Shown in pieces: positions 1 to 9,530 of a DNA stretch of 37,782 bases (positions within the stretch are counted from its first letter, which is position 1; every line of letters begins with the position of its first letter). Position numbers and translations under genes: made by a program. Under the pieces are notes generated by a model. That model had not been told where the DNA came from. It did not search any database and was given only the letters and a program-made list of their open reading frames with translations. The DNA is from Promethearchaeota archaeon (lineage in GTDB: Archaea > Asgardarchaeota > Lokiarchaeia > Sigyniarchaeales > SOKP01): assembly GCA_019894975.1 (NCBI GenBank), contig JAGXNO010000037.1, positions 1 to 37,782 on the forward strand. Direction: 5' to 3'.

Positions 1-2
1 AT

Positions 3-980
3 ATGGAAGAAGACCCCCTAGGTTTCGATTCCGAAGGGAATCCTGTTTTTCTTAAAGATATATGGCCCAGTTCAAAAGAAATTGCAGAATTGACAGAAAA
101 ATCGATATCTCCTGAATTATTTAATAAAGAATATAAGGAGATATTTAAAGGCTCGGGTTTATGGAATGATTTAAAACCTTCAGCGGAAGAAGTATATCAT
201 TGGGACAAGGATTCGACTTATATAAAAGAACCTCCCTTTTTTATAAATTTTCCCTTAAAAGCTCCTCTATTGGAAGATATTCACAATGCAAAAATCCTAG
301 CTTTGTTAGGAACATCTGTCACTACGGATCATATATCTCCCGCTGGTGCAATACCTAAGGATATACCGGCAGGAACATATCTACTCTCTAAGGGTATAAA
401 AGAAGAAGACTTTAATTCATTTGGTTCTAGACGAGGAAATCATGAAGTTATGATGAGAGGGACATTTGGTAATATCCGTATTAGAAACAAACTAGTTGAT
501 AAAGAAGGGGGATGGACAGTTGATTTTTTGACTAATGAAATTAAACCAATATATGATGCTGCTATGGACTACATAAATAACAAAATAGATCTTATCGTGA
601 TCGCTGGAAATGATTATGGTATGGGAAGTTCTAGAGATTGGGCTGCAAAGGGTACACAACTTTTGGGTGTTAAAGCAGTTATTGCTGAATCATATGAAAG
701 AATTCATAGAAGTAATCTTGTTGGTATGGGTGTATTGCCACTACAATTTAAAAATGGAGAAAATCCTGATACATTGGGTCTAAATGGTTCAGATGTTTTT
801 AGTGTAGTTGGAATTAAAGATATTGAACCATTTTCTAAGGTAAAAGTAATAGCCAAAAGAGAAGGGCAAAGCGATATAAAGTTTGAAGCAATAGTAAGGT
901 TAGATAGTAATATCGATGTTGAATATTATAAAAATGGTGGAATACTCCAAACAGTTTTAAGAAAAATGCTGAAAAGATAG
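3..980 (+). CDS. acnA: Aconitate hydratase A (AcnA/IRP-like), C-terminal part; 5' end lies outside the window
   Basis: VFLKDIWPS, STYIKEPPFF, TTDHISPAG, FNSFGSRRGNHEVMMRGTF, GSSRDWAAKG and ERIHRSNLVGMG are AcnA motifs. Confidence 0.95.
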   Translation: MEEDPLGFDSEGNPVFLKDIWPSSKEIAELTEKSISPELFNKEYKEIFKGSGLWNDLKPSAEEVYHWDKDSTYIKEPPFFINFPLKAPLLEDIHNAKILALLGTSVTTDHISPAGAIPKDIPAGTYLLSKGIKEEDFNSFGSRRGNHEVMMRGTFGNIRIRNKLVDKEGGWTVDFLTNEIKPIYDAAMDYINNKIDLIVIAGNDYGMGSSRDWAAKGTQLLGVKAVIAESYERIHRSNLVGMGVLPLQFKNGENPDTLGLNGSDVFSVVGIKDIEPFSKVKVIAKREGQSDIKFEAIVRLDSNIDVEYYKNGGILQTVLRKMLKR

Positions 981-985
981 AGAAT

Positions 986-2086
986 CTAGTTTAGTAATTG
1001 TTCGAAATGCCCTATTATTCTTAATTTATTTTCGAATTTATTAAGATCACATAAAATTCCACGCAACCCACTCCCATTATGAAAAAGAGGTTTATCAAAT
1101 TTTAATGTTAAAATGCCTGAGTTACCCGGTATGATCTCATTTCCATCGATGATTTTTAAAGGAGAACTTTTAATTTCAACTATTCCATGATATTGAATTG
1201 AATCATTAGATGCAATAATACCTTTTTTGGGTCGGAAAAATTGATTTATATAGACTTTAGCTCTTATCTCTTTTTCTCCTTTGAAGATTCCTTGGGTAGT
1301 AATAATATTATCTCTACTTATTTCACTAACAGATATATTTCCTTTTAATGCTAATCCAACTCTATCCCCTTCATGTGCTTCCTTAAAATCCCTATCGTGT
1401 TTTTGAATCCCTCGAATAATAACTTTCTTTGCAGCACCACTGTTTCCTGTTAACTCTAACATCTGGTTTGAGTGTACCGTTCCATTTTTTACTATTCCTA
1501 AAATTACCGTTCCTATACCTTTCACAGAAAAAGCATGGTCAATCAATATCTTAGTGTAATTGGATTCATTTAATTCGGTATTAAATACTTCCAGGCCAAG
1601 ATCAACAATCTTTTTCTTAACAAAATTATAATCATCCTTCTGTCTAATTTCGAAGATTTCAGTTCCTTTAAGTGAAGTATTGCTTAACAAGGACTCAATT
1701 TTTTCTTTGATCTGAAGTAATTTCCATTCCGAATTAGAATTAATCCCATTTAGTATGATTAAAGCCTTTGTAGTGGAAATTTGATGGAACATATCTAAAC
1801 CCACCAGAATTTCACCCACAGATGCATTTAAGCCTGCTTCAACATCAATAACTAAAATGTGAATGTTAGTTAAGATTAATGTTTGTAGAAATGGTTTCAA
1901 TTTTTCTGGATAATCTATTGGTGTTAAAGCAATGAAAACCTCACCTAATTGAGAATCCAATCTATTATAGAATTGGATATCTGAACTTGTTCCAGGGGCA
2001 CCTAGAGCTTGTCCTAATAACTTTCGATATTCGAAGTTATCCCCAAATATTCCCACTAAAAAAGTTCGTTCTTTAGCTTCACTCAT
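986..2086 (-). CDS. Archaeal SelB-like translation factor (aSelBL type) with degenerate G-domain
   Basis: EF-Tu/SelB domain II motifs IDHAFSVKGIGTVILG, IRGIQKHD and GDRVGLALKG; no GxxxxGKS, DxxG or NKxD. ATG at 2086 (MSEAKER) preferred over the upstream TTG at 2113. Confidence 0.8.
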   Translation of the reverse strand: MSEAKERTFLVGIFGDNFEYRKLLGQALGAPGTSSDIQFYNRLDSQLGEVFIALTPIDYPEKLKPFLQTLILTNIHILVIDVEAGLNASVGEILVGLDMFHQISTTKALIILNGINSNSEWKLLQIKEKIESLLSNTSLKGTEIFEIRQKDDYNFVKKKIVDLGLEVFNTELNESNYTKILIDHAFSVKGIGTVILGIVKNGTVHSNQMLELTGNSGAAKKVIIRGIQKHDRDFKEAHEGDRVGLALKGNISVSEISRDNIITTQGIFKGEKEIRAKVYINQFFRPKKGIIASNDSIQYHGIVEIKSSPLKIIDGNEIIPGNSGILTLKFDKPLFHNGSGLRGILCDLNKFENKLRIIGHFEQLLN

Positions 2087-2157
2087 TAAAATTGTTAAAG
2101 AAAGAACAAACAAAAATTTTATGATTTAAACTCAAAATTAATGTTTAAAGATAATAG

Positions 2158-2313
2158 CTATTTGTTTTCTCTTTCAAAAATCCATAAAATGTTATCAAGA
2201 AATTTGAATTCCCAACCTTGCGATGCCATCTCATCAAGTTTTTCTTGAGCAGAATTTACAAGTTTTTCTACAGTCTTTCCTCCTTTAATGGTTACTACTT
2301 TATACTCTTTCCT
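2158..2313 (-). pseudogene. DUF4177-like small protein (51 aa) with AGG where the start ATG is expected
   Basis: Manual translation (R/M)KEYKVVTIKGGKTVEKLVNSAQEKLDEMASQGWEFKFLDNILWIFERENK; GGAGGT Shine-Dalgarno-like motif 6 nt upstream; no in-frame ATG/GTG/TTG upstream of the AGG. Confidence 0.6.
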
Positions 2314-2424
2314 AAGAAAACCTCCATTATTTGATTTGTATAAGTTTATATCATTCTTCGAGGTATATAATTCTTTTTTGAAAAAGATCTAAAGATTAAA
2401 TTTTTTAAAAAGAAGAAAAAAAAA

Positions 2425-2946
2425 TTAAAGTTTTTCTTGTTGATTTTTCATTGCAAGACCCATTTTCCGCCATGATTGTCTCCCCATCTCCCACATCTCT
2501 CCTTGGGTATTCTGACCTTTCAATTCACGCCCAATCCATTTTTGTCCTGCGGGGACTTTTTTTGCCATCCCGACAAAAGAATTAGCCCCAACCATTGCAT
2601 CGTCTTCCACTTTAACTCTAATCATTAATACCGATTTGATTCCCACAACAGTGTTATTCTTGAGGGTTGCTCCATGAACAATAGCTCCGAACCCAATTAA
2701 ATTATTATCACCAATAGTCGTCTTAAAACCTTCGGCTGTATTTATGATACAGGCGTCCTGAAAAACATTGTTATCTCCAATTTTAATCTTAGCAAAATCA
2801 CCCCGAATTATTACTCCTTGATAAACCACGTTATTTTGGCCTAATGTAACATCACCAATGATCCAAGCTGATTCTGAAATCCAACATGAAGGGTCGATAC
2901 TGGGGGTTTTCAAATTTCCATTAACTTCGATTGATATAATTGGCAT
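2425..2946 (-). CDS. Gamma carbonic anhydrase-like left-handed beta-helix protein (metal ligands degenerate)
   Basis: TPSIDPSCWISESAWIIGDV, IRGD and QD motifs, hexapeptide repeats; only one of the three Zn-binding His is recognisable. Confidence 0.85.
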   Translation of the reverse strand: MPIISIEVNGNLKTPSIDPSCWISESAWIIGDVTLGQNNVVYQGVIIRGDFAKIKIGDNNVFQDACIINTAEGFKTTIGDNNLIGFGAIVHGATLKNNTVVGIKSVLMIRVKVEDDAMVGANSFVGMAKKVPAGQKWIGRELKGQNTQGEMWEMGRQSWRKMGLAMKNQQEKL

Positions 2947-3111
2947 TTTTTTAATTACTATAAATCTTTTTAGTATTCTTAAAATTCGATTTTATAAAAA
3001 GTTGCCAATCACTTTTAGAAAAATATCATTTTAATCGAAAAGATTTATTTTCAGAAGATATTTATTTTACTAAGGAGATTTAAGATAAAAAGTAAAAAAA
3101 GTAAAGTTAAG

Positions 3112-3354
3112 ATGAAAGATAAGGTTAACACTTATGGTATTGTTGCAATAGCGTTTGGAGTTGCAGCTATATTTTTTATATCAGTTTGTTTTGAGTGTAT
3201 TCTAAAGTGGTACGGTTTACCCTTCCCAATAGGAGCAATAATCTTTGGGAGCATAGGGATATGGAAAGATAATAACCCAAAGATTGCAATAGTAGGTTTA
3301 ATTCTAGGGGTGATATTTTTTATAGTTAATCTTTTGATTGGAGTATCTTTTTAA
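3112..3354 (+). CDS. Small membrane protein (about 3 TM, DUF4190-like)
   Basis: Hydrophobic Gly-rich segments GAIIFGSIG and AIVGLILG. Confidence 0.65.
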   Translation: MKDKVNTYGIVAIAFGVAAIFFISVCFECILKWYGLPFPIGAIIFGSIGIWKDNNPKIAIVGLILGVIFFIVNLLIGVSF

Positions 3355-3368
3355 TTATCATATATTCT

Positions 3369-4130
3369 TTAAACTAACTGCCCATATAGCACTTCAGTAT
3401 CATATTCAATTCTTACTTTTCCTTCTGCTTCAAAAGTTTCGTAGATAATCTTCAGTTCTTTTAACATTTTTTCATAATTTGGATCCTCTTTTAAAGGGAT
3501 GTATGAAGCCGAAAGTAAACGTCCTGTTAAACCAGCAAAATCAAGATCTTGATAATTATGAAAAATTTCTTTTTTATAGTTAAAAAAAACATCAACGTTT
3601 TGCTCACGTTTTCTCACTTGCTTATAATCCGTTCCGTAGCTAGACACAAATTGTTCATATTGGCTTGAAAATCCTTTTTCTTGTTTTTTTCTGCTATTCC
3701 ATATTAGAACAACATAACCATCAAATTTAAGAATATCTTTGAATTCTTTTTTTGATTTGTCAATATCAAACCAATGAAATGCTTGTCCTACAGTTATCAA
3801 ATCTATACTATTACTCAATAGACTTGTATTTTCTGCGGAACTACTAATACTTATGAATTCAGGATAAATTTCTAAAATTCTTTCAGCAGCTCTCCTCATT
3901 TCAGTATTTGGTTCTACCCCAAATACTTTATTTCCGTTTTTTAAGAATAATTCACTCAAAATACCAGTTCCTGAGCCAATATCTGCTATTATAGATCGTT
4001 TTGATAATATCTTCTTATCTGTTAGAAAATTTATTATTTCTTTGGGATAACTAGGTCTATATTTGATATAATTCTCTACTCTTGAAGAAAATCTTTTCTT
4101 TGGATCGGTTAAATATTCATTATCTACCAT
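3369..4130 (-). CDS. Class I SAM-dependent methyltransferase
   Basis: YIKYRPSYP, DIGSGTG, VEPN and GQAFHWFD motifs. Confidence 0.92.
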   Translation of the reverse strand: MVDNEYLTDPKKRFSSRVENYIKYRPSYPKEIINFLTDKKILSKRSIIADIGSGTGILSELFLKNGNKVFGVEPNTEMRRAAERILEIYPEFISISSSAENTSLLSNSIDLITVGQAFHWFDIDKSKKEFKDILKFDGYVVLIWNSRKKQEKGFSSQYEQFVSSYGTDYKQVRKREQNVDVFFNYKKEIFHNYQDLDFAGLTGRLLSASYIPLKEDPNYEKMLKELKIIYETFEAEGKVRIEYDTEVLYGQLV

Positions 4131-4177
4131 AGAATTAAATTAAATAAAAAAAAGAGATAAATAAAATTATTGGTTTA

Positions 4178-6103
4178 TTAAGTATGTTTTTGCTTTATAT
4201 GGGGTAATTTGCCACCAGTTTTTAACTCTTCAATTTCAGTTTCACTTAATGAATGAAGTAACGAAATTTCTACATTTTTAGTTAGATTTTTTAATGTTAC
4301 TTTTCCAGTCTGTAATGTTGTTAAGTCGACTTCAAATTTATCTCCTTGGTCAATGCTATTATAGTCTTCTTTGTTTTCAAATGTTAACGGTACGATTCCA
4401 AAGTTAACAAGATTGGCTAGATGAATACGAGCAAAAGACTTAACGATTACAGCCTTTAATCCTAGATATTTAGGGGCTATTGCTGCATGTTCTCTACTTG
4501 AACCCTGACCATAATTATCCCCACCAACTATAAAACCTCCTCCCTTTTCTAGTGAGCGATCATGAAATGATTCATCTACAACGTTGAATACGAATTTACT
4601 AATCTCTGGGATGTTACTCCTTAATGGAAGAATCTGTGCTCCTGCAGGCATTATATGATCTGTTGTAATGTCATCCTCGACTTTTAGTAAAACTTCTCCT
4701 TCTAAATTATCAGGTAAAGGACCAAATTCCGGTAATGGTTTGATATTAGGCCCTCTGACAATATCTACATTTTTGGCTTCTTCAATGGATAAAGGAGGGA
4801 TAATCATATTATCATTTACTATAAATTTCTCTGGCATTTCACTCTTAGGAAGTTTTCCAAAAGATCGTGGATCAGTTAATTTTCCAGTAAGAGCAGATAC
4901 TGCAGCGGTTTCAGGACTCACAAGATATGCTTGAGCACTTCTAGTTCCTGATCTACCCAAGAAGTTTCGATTAAATGTTCTTAATGTAATTGCATCGCTT
5001 TTAGGTGCCAACCCCATTCCAATACACGGCCCACACGCGTTTTCTAATATTCTAGCACCCGCTTTTAGTAAGTCTAACATCTCTCCCGAATGAATCATAT
5101 GCTCTACTACTTGACGTGAACCTGCTGAAACAGTTAATACAGTAGATTCATCAATTGTTTTTCCCTTTAAGATACCAGCAACAGCTTTAAGATCTCTTAG
5201 AGAAGAATTAGTACAGGAGCCAATACATACTTGATCAATTTTTAGCCCCTCAATTTCCTTTACTGTTTTTACATTCCCCGGACTATGTGGTGTAGCGACA
5301 AGAGGTTCAAGCTCGCTTAGATTAATCTCAATCTTCTCGTCATATTCCGCATCATTATCTGGTTCTAATAATATCCATTGATCTCCTCTTTCCTGAGCTT
5401 CCAAGAATTCTTTTGTAATCTCGTCAGATGGAAAAATAGATGTTGTTGCCCCGGTTTCAGTTCCCATATTTGTTATAGTTCCTCTTTCTGGGACTGTTAG
5501 AGTTTTTATTCCCGGCCCAGTGTATTCTAAAACTTTGTTGACTGCACCTTTAACTCCGATTCTTCTTAAAATCTCAAGAATGACATCTTTAGCAGAAACA
5601 AAATCAGGTAATTTACCCGTAAGATATACATTGACAACCTTTGGCATTTTTAATCGGAATGCCTCTCCCGCCATAGCAGCTGCTACATCAAGACCTCCCG
5701 CTCCAATAGCTATAGATCCAACTCCTCCTCCTGTAGGAGTATGGCTGTCACTTCCTAAAAGTGTTTTTCCAGGTCTTGCGAACCTTTCTAAATGGACTTG
5801 ATGACAAATACCGTTTCCTGGACGAGAGAAGTATAGACCATACTTGGCAGCTATACTTTGTAGGTACCTGTGATCGTCTGGGTTCTTAAAATCGGTTTGT
5901 AAAGTGTTGTGATCAACATAACTAACCGATAATTCTGTTTGTACACGATCAATGCCAATAGCTTCAAACTGTAGATAAGCCATAGTGCCTGTTGCGTCTT
6001 GTGTTAACGTTTGATCAATCTTAATCGCAATATCCGTTCCCTTTTCTAACTTACCTTCTACTAAATGTTGTTCTAAAACCTTTTCGGTTAATGTTTTTCC
6101 CAT
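4178..6103 (-). CDS. Aconitate hydratase, short single-chain 'Aquifex/putative' type
   Basis: QDATGTMA, DHN, GNGICHQVH, DSHT, GSCTN, CGPCIG, RNF, TTDHIMPAG and GSSREHAA motifs; 641 aa. Confidence 0.92.
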   Translation of the reverse strand: MGKTLTEKVLEQHLVEGKLEKGTDIAIKIDQTLTQDATGTMAYLQFEAIGIDRVQTELSVSYVDHNTLQTDFKNPDDHRYLQSIAAKYGLYFSRPGNGICHQVHLERFARPGKTLLGSDSHTPTGGGVGSIAIGAGGLDVAAAMAGEAFRLKMPKVVNVYLTGKLPDFVSAKDVILEILRRIGVKGAVNKVLEYTGPGIKTLTVPERGTITNMGTETGATTSIFPSDEITKEFLEAQERGDQWILLEPDNDAEYDEKIEINLSELEPLVATPHSPGNVKTVKEIEGLKIDQVCIGSCTNSSLRDLKAVAGILKGKTIDESTVLTVSAGSRQVVEHMIHSGEMLDLLKAGARILENACGPCIGMGLAPKSDAITLRTFNRNFLGRSGTRSAQAYLVSPETAAVSALTGKLTDPRSFGKLPKSEMPEKFIVNDNMIIPPLSIEEAKNVDIVRGPNIKPLPEFGPLPDNLEGEVLLKVEDDITTDHIMPAGAQILPLRSNIPEISKFVFNVVDESFHDRSLEKGGGFIVGGDNYGQGSSREHAAIAPKYLGLKAVIVKSFARIHLANLVNFGIVPLTFENKEDYNSIDQGDKFEVDLTTLQTGKVTLKNLTKNVEISLLHSLSETEIEELKTGGKLPHIKQKHT

Positions 6104-6274
6104 TTTTAGATACCTAATTGTTATGGTAATTTAGGTTATAGTTATATTATATACATCACAATTTAAGAATTTCGCATTTAATTTGTAACAAGCCAAGAAT
6201 TTATTAGAATAGGATTATTAACAAAATTAACGATAGTTATTTAAATTCAATTGATCATAATAAAGTGAAATAAA

Positions 6275-6700
6275 ATGTCTGAAGAGTATATAAGAGGTCA
6301 GATCAGCGCGAAAGAGGATGAAATTACGCGTATTGAAGAAGAAGCTTCAAAGAAAGACGCTTCAGCAGAAGCGGAAATTGAAGCAGAATTTGATTTACAA
6401 ATAGAAGAAGCGAAAACAAAAGTAGATGAAGAAGAAGGTTTGCGAGATGAAGCTATTCAAAAATCGGAAGAATGGACTCAAAAAAAGAAAGAAAAAATTG
6501 CTACTGCTAAAGATGCAAATAAAATATTTGCAAACCTAAAAAGTGATAAAGATAAAGCTCTCAATGTGAAATTAAAAGAAATTGAGAACGACAAAAAATC
6601 CCAAATTAAAGAAGTACAGGGAGAAATTAAAACTCTACAAAAGCAATTAATCGCTTTGGAAAAAGAAAAAGACAAACAAGCCCAAGAAGCTGAAGATTAG
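6275..6700 (+). CDS. Hypothetical coiled-coil protein
   Basis: E/K-rich heptad-like 141-aa ORF followed by a T-tract. Confidence 0.75.
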   Translation: MSEEYIRGQISAKEDEITRIEEEASKKDASAEAEIEAEFDLQIEEAKTKVDEEEGLRDEAIQKSEEWTQKKKEKIATAKDANKIFANLKSDKDKALNVKLKEIENDKKSQIKEVQGEIKTLQKQLIALEKEKDKQAQEAED

Positions 6701-6735
6701 GCTAACTGTATCATTTTTATACAAGATTTATGTTA

Positions 6736-6757
6736 TTTTTTTTTTTTTTTTTTTTTT
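6736..6757 (+). terminator. Poly-T tract (22 T), likely archaeal terminator
   Basis: Run of 22 T about 35 nt after the stop of 6275..6700. Confidence 0.55.
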
Positions 6758-6934
6758 AATTTACTACAATTCAAAACCTGTAATTCATTGAGATCAAAGT
6801 TTTTATAATTGATTATTTTAACAGGTTTCGGACTATATAATAATTATAGAGTAAATATATGTAAAGGTATAGAAGATATCAGTAAGATCATAAAGAATAT
6901 TACCCTAATTAATGATAAGCGAATATAACTAAGA

Positions 6935-7102
6935 TTAAAGATTTAAGGGTAATTTTTGACCTTTTTCATTAATTTCATCTTTTAATACGTCAGGATGCAA
7001 CCTTAGCTCATCGTAAAGCCAAGACATAAGTCGTAATTTTGAATTATAAATTTCGACTTCCTCTTCGAAAAGTTCCATATTATTGTTACCTTCTGTATTC
7101 AT
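6935..7102 (-). CDS. Small hypothetical protein (55 aa), not in the ORF track
   Basis: Manual translation MNTEGNNNMELFEEEVEIYNSKLRLMSWLYDELRLHPDVLKDEINEKGQKLPLNL; protein-like composition, same strand as the upstream gene. Confidence 0.45.
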   Translation of the reverse strand: MNTEGNNNMELFEEEVEIYNSKLRLMSWLYDELRLHPDVLKDEINEKGQKLPLNL

Positions 7103-7184
7103 TATATTCCAAGAGATCCAGGAAACATATTTATCAGTGTAATACCAAGGTAATATCGAGATTATATCTTTTTTTTTCTTATAT

Positions 7185-7598
7185 TTAACTCTTCAAATAT
7201 TTAGCCTTAATATCATCAAGAATATAAACTACTTCTTCGATTGGATTACCATTTATGACTTTATCCAGTTTTTCAATTAATTCTTTAGGATACAAAGGGA
7301 GCTGTGAAGTACTCGTTCTATATTCTTTAAATTCATCAGTTACAGAATATAATGAATTGCTTCTTTTTACTTCTAATTCTCTCGATACAATATTTACAAA
7401 AGATTCAACCATCTCGTTATAAATATTATCTTCGATTTTTTGTATCTCATAATTTATATCAGCAATAATATGATCATATTTTGTATTAACATCTTGAATT
7501 TCTTTTTCTCTTTCCCTGTTTATCTCATCAATTTTAGGCTCTAAAGCTTTTTTTCTCTGTTCTAACTCTTCAAGTTTGGAAGTTAAGTGACTAATCAT
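7185..7598 (-). CDS. Hypothetical protein with N-terminal coiled coil
   Basis: 137-aa ORF with heptad-like N-terminal half. Confidence 0.7.
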   Translation of the reverse strand: MISHLTSKLEELEQRKKALEPKIDEINREREKEIQDVNTKYDHIIADINYEIQKIEDNIYNEMVESFVNIVSRELEVKRSNSLYSVTDEFKEYRTSTSQLPLYPKELIEKLDKVINGNPIEEVVYILDDIKAKYLKS

Positions 7599-7877
7599 GT
7601 TACTGAGTAATAAAAGACACTATTTAAAGAATTAGTTGAATCTCCTTAGGAAATAGGATTGTAATTTAAGCTTTAGTTTTTACAACTTGGTTCACTTTTA
7701 AAAAAATCTATCACGCAAATCAGAAAAATCAATAAAAGGATGTTTCTCCTCTTGAACCTTGACTTAGCGATTCATTTGTTACTAAAAGCTTTAAGAAAAG
7801 TATTTTATAATATAACAAGTATCTTAAGTTATAAATAAAAAAGTTTTCTAATCAACCTATATTTGGAAGTGATTTAA

Positions 7878-8351
7878 ATGGATTATACACAAGCCCCTCA
7901 TTTAACTGATAAAGAAATGGATGATTTTTTGAAAGAAGCTCCGACCGCAATAATATGCAGTATTAATGAAGATAATACCATACATGGAGTTCCTGTTTGG
8001 TTCAAGTACGAAAGTGGACAATTTATTATTGCAACTCCAGAAAAGAGTCAAAAAGCTAGAAATATTGCAAAAAATATCAATGTCACCTTAATCGTTTATG
8101 TAGAAAGTCCAGCTATTAAGGGTGTTATCGTTTATGGTAAAGGTGAAGTAGATCTCAAATCGTGGGATCAAGAAGCCGCTAGCATGCTTGAGAAATACAT
8201 GTCAAGTGAAGAGGCTGAAAAGTGGTGGCAAATTCTTAATGAGCACGCGAAATGGGTGAAAATTGTAGTTAAACCAGAGAGGATGGCATCGTTTGATTAC
8301 GCTAAGGATGCAGTTTGGGATGAAATGACAAATAAAATGGGATGGGAGTAA
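7878..8351 (+). CDS. Pyridoxamine 5'-phosphate oxidase-like split-barrel protein (flavin/F420-binding)
   Basis: FLKEAPTAIICSINEDNTIHGVPVWF, KARNIAKNINV and VIVYGKGE pattern. Confidence 0.85.
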   Translation: MDYTQAPHLTDKEMDDFLKEAPTAIICSINEDNTIHGVPVWFKYESGQFIIATPEKSQKARNIAKNINVTLIVYVESPAIKGVIVYGKGEVDLKSWDQEAASMLEKYMSSEEAEKWWQILNEHAKWVKIVVKPERMASFDYAKDAVWDEMTNKMGWE

Positions 8352-8551
8352 GAAGTAATATTAATTTAAACGTCAAATATCTGAAGAACTCATAATTTTC
8401 TTCATATTATTGAAATTAATGAGGTAAACTTCTTAATCATAAACTATATTAATTCTTCTAATACTGCGAAGGAACTAGAATATAATTTGATATATAGAAT
8501 ATAATAAGATGGAATTATAAAAATTAAATTTGAAAAATCGTAGTGATAAAG

Positions 8552-9460
8552 ATGGTCAATAAGATTAGATTGCCAGAACCAGACGAAAACTTAAAGTTCA
8601 TTGATGTCCATTGTCATTTACCTTTTCCACGCCCAAAAAATGATCGATTACCCTCAGATACAGAACAGATCTCAACATATTTTAAATTGGGGGGGCAATA
8701 CTTAGTTACAAGCACAATCGATATGCACACATTGAATAAAACACTTTTATTCAAGAAGAATAACAACAAAAATTTTGGTTTCACATGTGGGTTTGCACCC
8801 CAGACAGTAACTTACACTCCTAAAGAGAAATATAAAGAAGAATGGAGTAAGTGGATAGAATTTATTCAAACCAATCAAGCTGAATACCTAGCAATAGGTG
8901 AAATTGGTTTAGATTTCCATCATGCAAAAACACTCGACAAACGAATGAAACAAGTAGAAGTTTTCAAAAAAATTTTGGAACTAACAATCGATTTTAACAA
9001 ACCTTATGTTTTACATGTTAGAAATGCAGCTGAACATGAATATGATAGGCAAAATCCGAAACATAGATTTAATAAAAAGGATGGTGTAAATAAAGAGATA
9101 TTGAAAATATTGAATGATTTTAAAATAGCACCTAAAAGAGTGATGTGGCATTGCTTTTCAGGACCAGATGATTATGGAAGAATACTACCTCATCAAGGAT
9201 ATATTCTTTCTGTACCGAGTTCTGCTTATGGTTTCAATAGATGGCGAGGAGCTACTCAAAATTCTCCTTTAGATTCATTAGTAACTGAAACGGATTCTTA
9301 CTACCAACATCCTTACAAGAGAGGCCCGATAAATGTACCTGCCAATGTAAGATACGCAATAGCGGCTATCGCGTACTCTCATAACGTTTCACAAAAATTA
9401 GTGAGTGACAAAACAGTTGAAAATGCAATAAGATTTTTTAATCTAAAAATTGAAAATTAG
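8552..9460 (+). CDS. tatD: TatD family metal-dependent hydrolase/DNase
   Basis: DVHCH, GEIGLDF, LHVR, WHCF and ETDS motifs; start may be the GTG at 8543. Confidence 0.88.
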   Translation: MVNKIRLPEPDENLKFIDVHCHLPFPRPKNDRLPSDTEQISTYFKLGGQYLVTSTIDMHTLNKTLLFKKNNNKNFGFTCGFAPQTVTYTPKEKYKEEWSKWIEFIQTNQAEYLAIGEIGLDFHHAKTLDKRMKQVEVFKKILELTIDFNKPYVLHVRNAAEHEYDRQNPKHRFNKKDGVNKEILKILNDFKIAPKRVMWHCFSGPDDYGRILPHQGYILSVPSSAYGFNRWRGATQNSPLDSLVTETDSYYQHPYKRGPINVPANVRYAIAAIAYSHNVSQKLVSDKTVENAIRFFNLKIEN

Positions 9461-9530
9461 AAACGTTAAAAAATTAGAAACTCATTTCTCTAAGTACAAC
9501 TTTAATTTTTAACTAAATAAGGTGAATGAT

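Noticed and set aside
986-2113. Calling the factor selB and looking for selenoproteins
   Set aside because: G-domain motifs are absent; the TGA codons inspected are ordinary stops at homologous C-termini, start/stop overlaps or the end of a stub; no SECIS could be supported by eye
4668-5801. Plus-strand ORFs 4668..4934 and 5520..5801
   Set aside because: Antisense shadows of the aconitase gene with no motifs
7690-7775. Short minus-strand reading VKVQEEKHPFIDFSDLRDRFF
   Set aside because: Interrupted by a stop right after the ATG, too short, and no family signal
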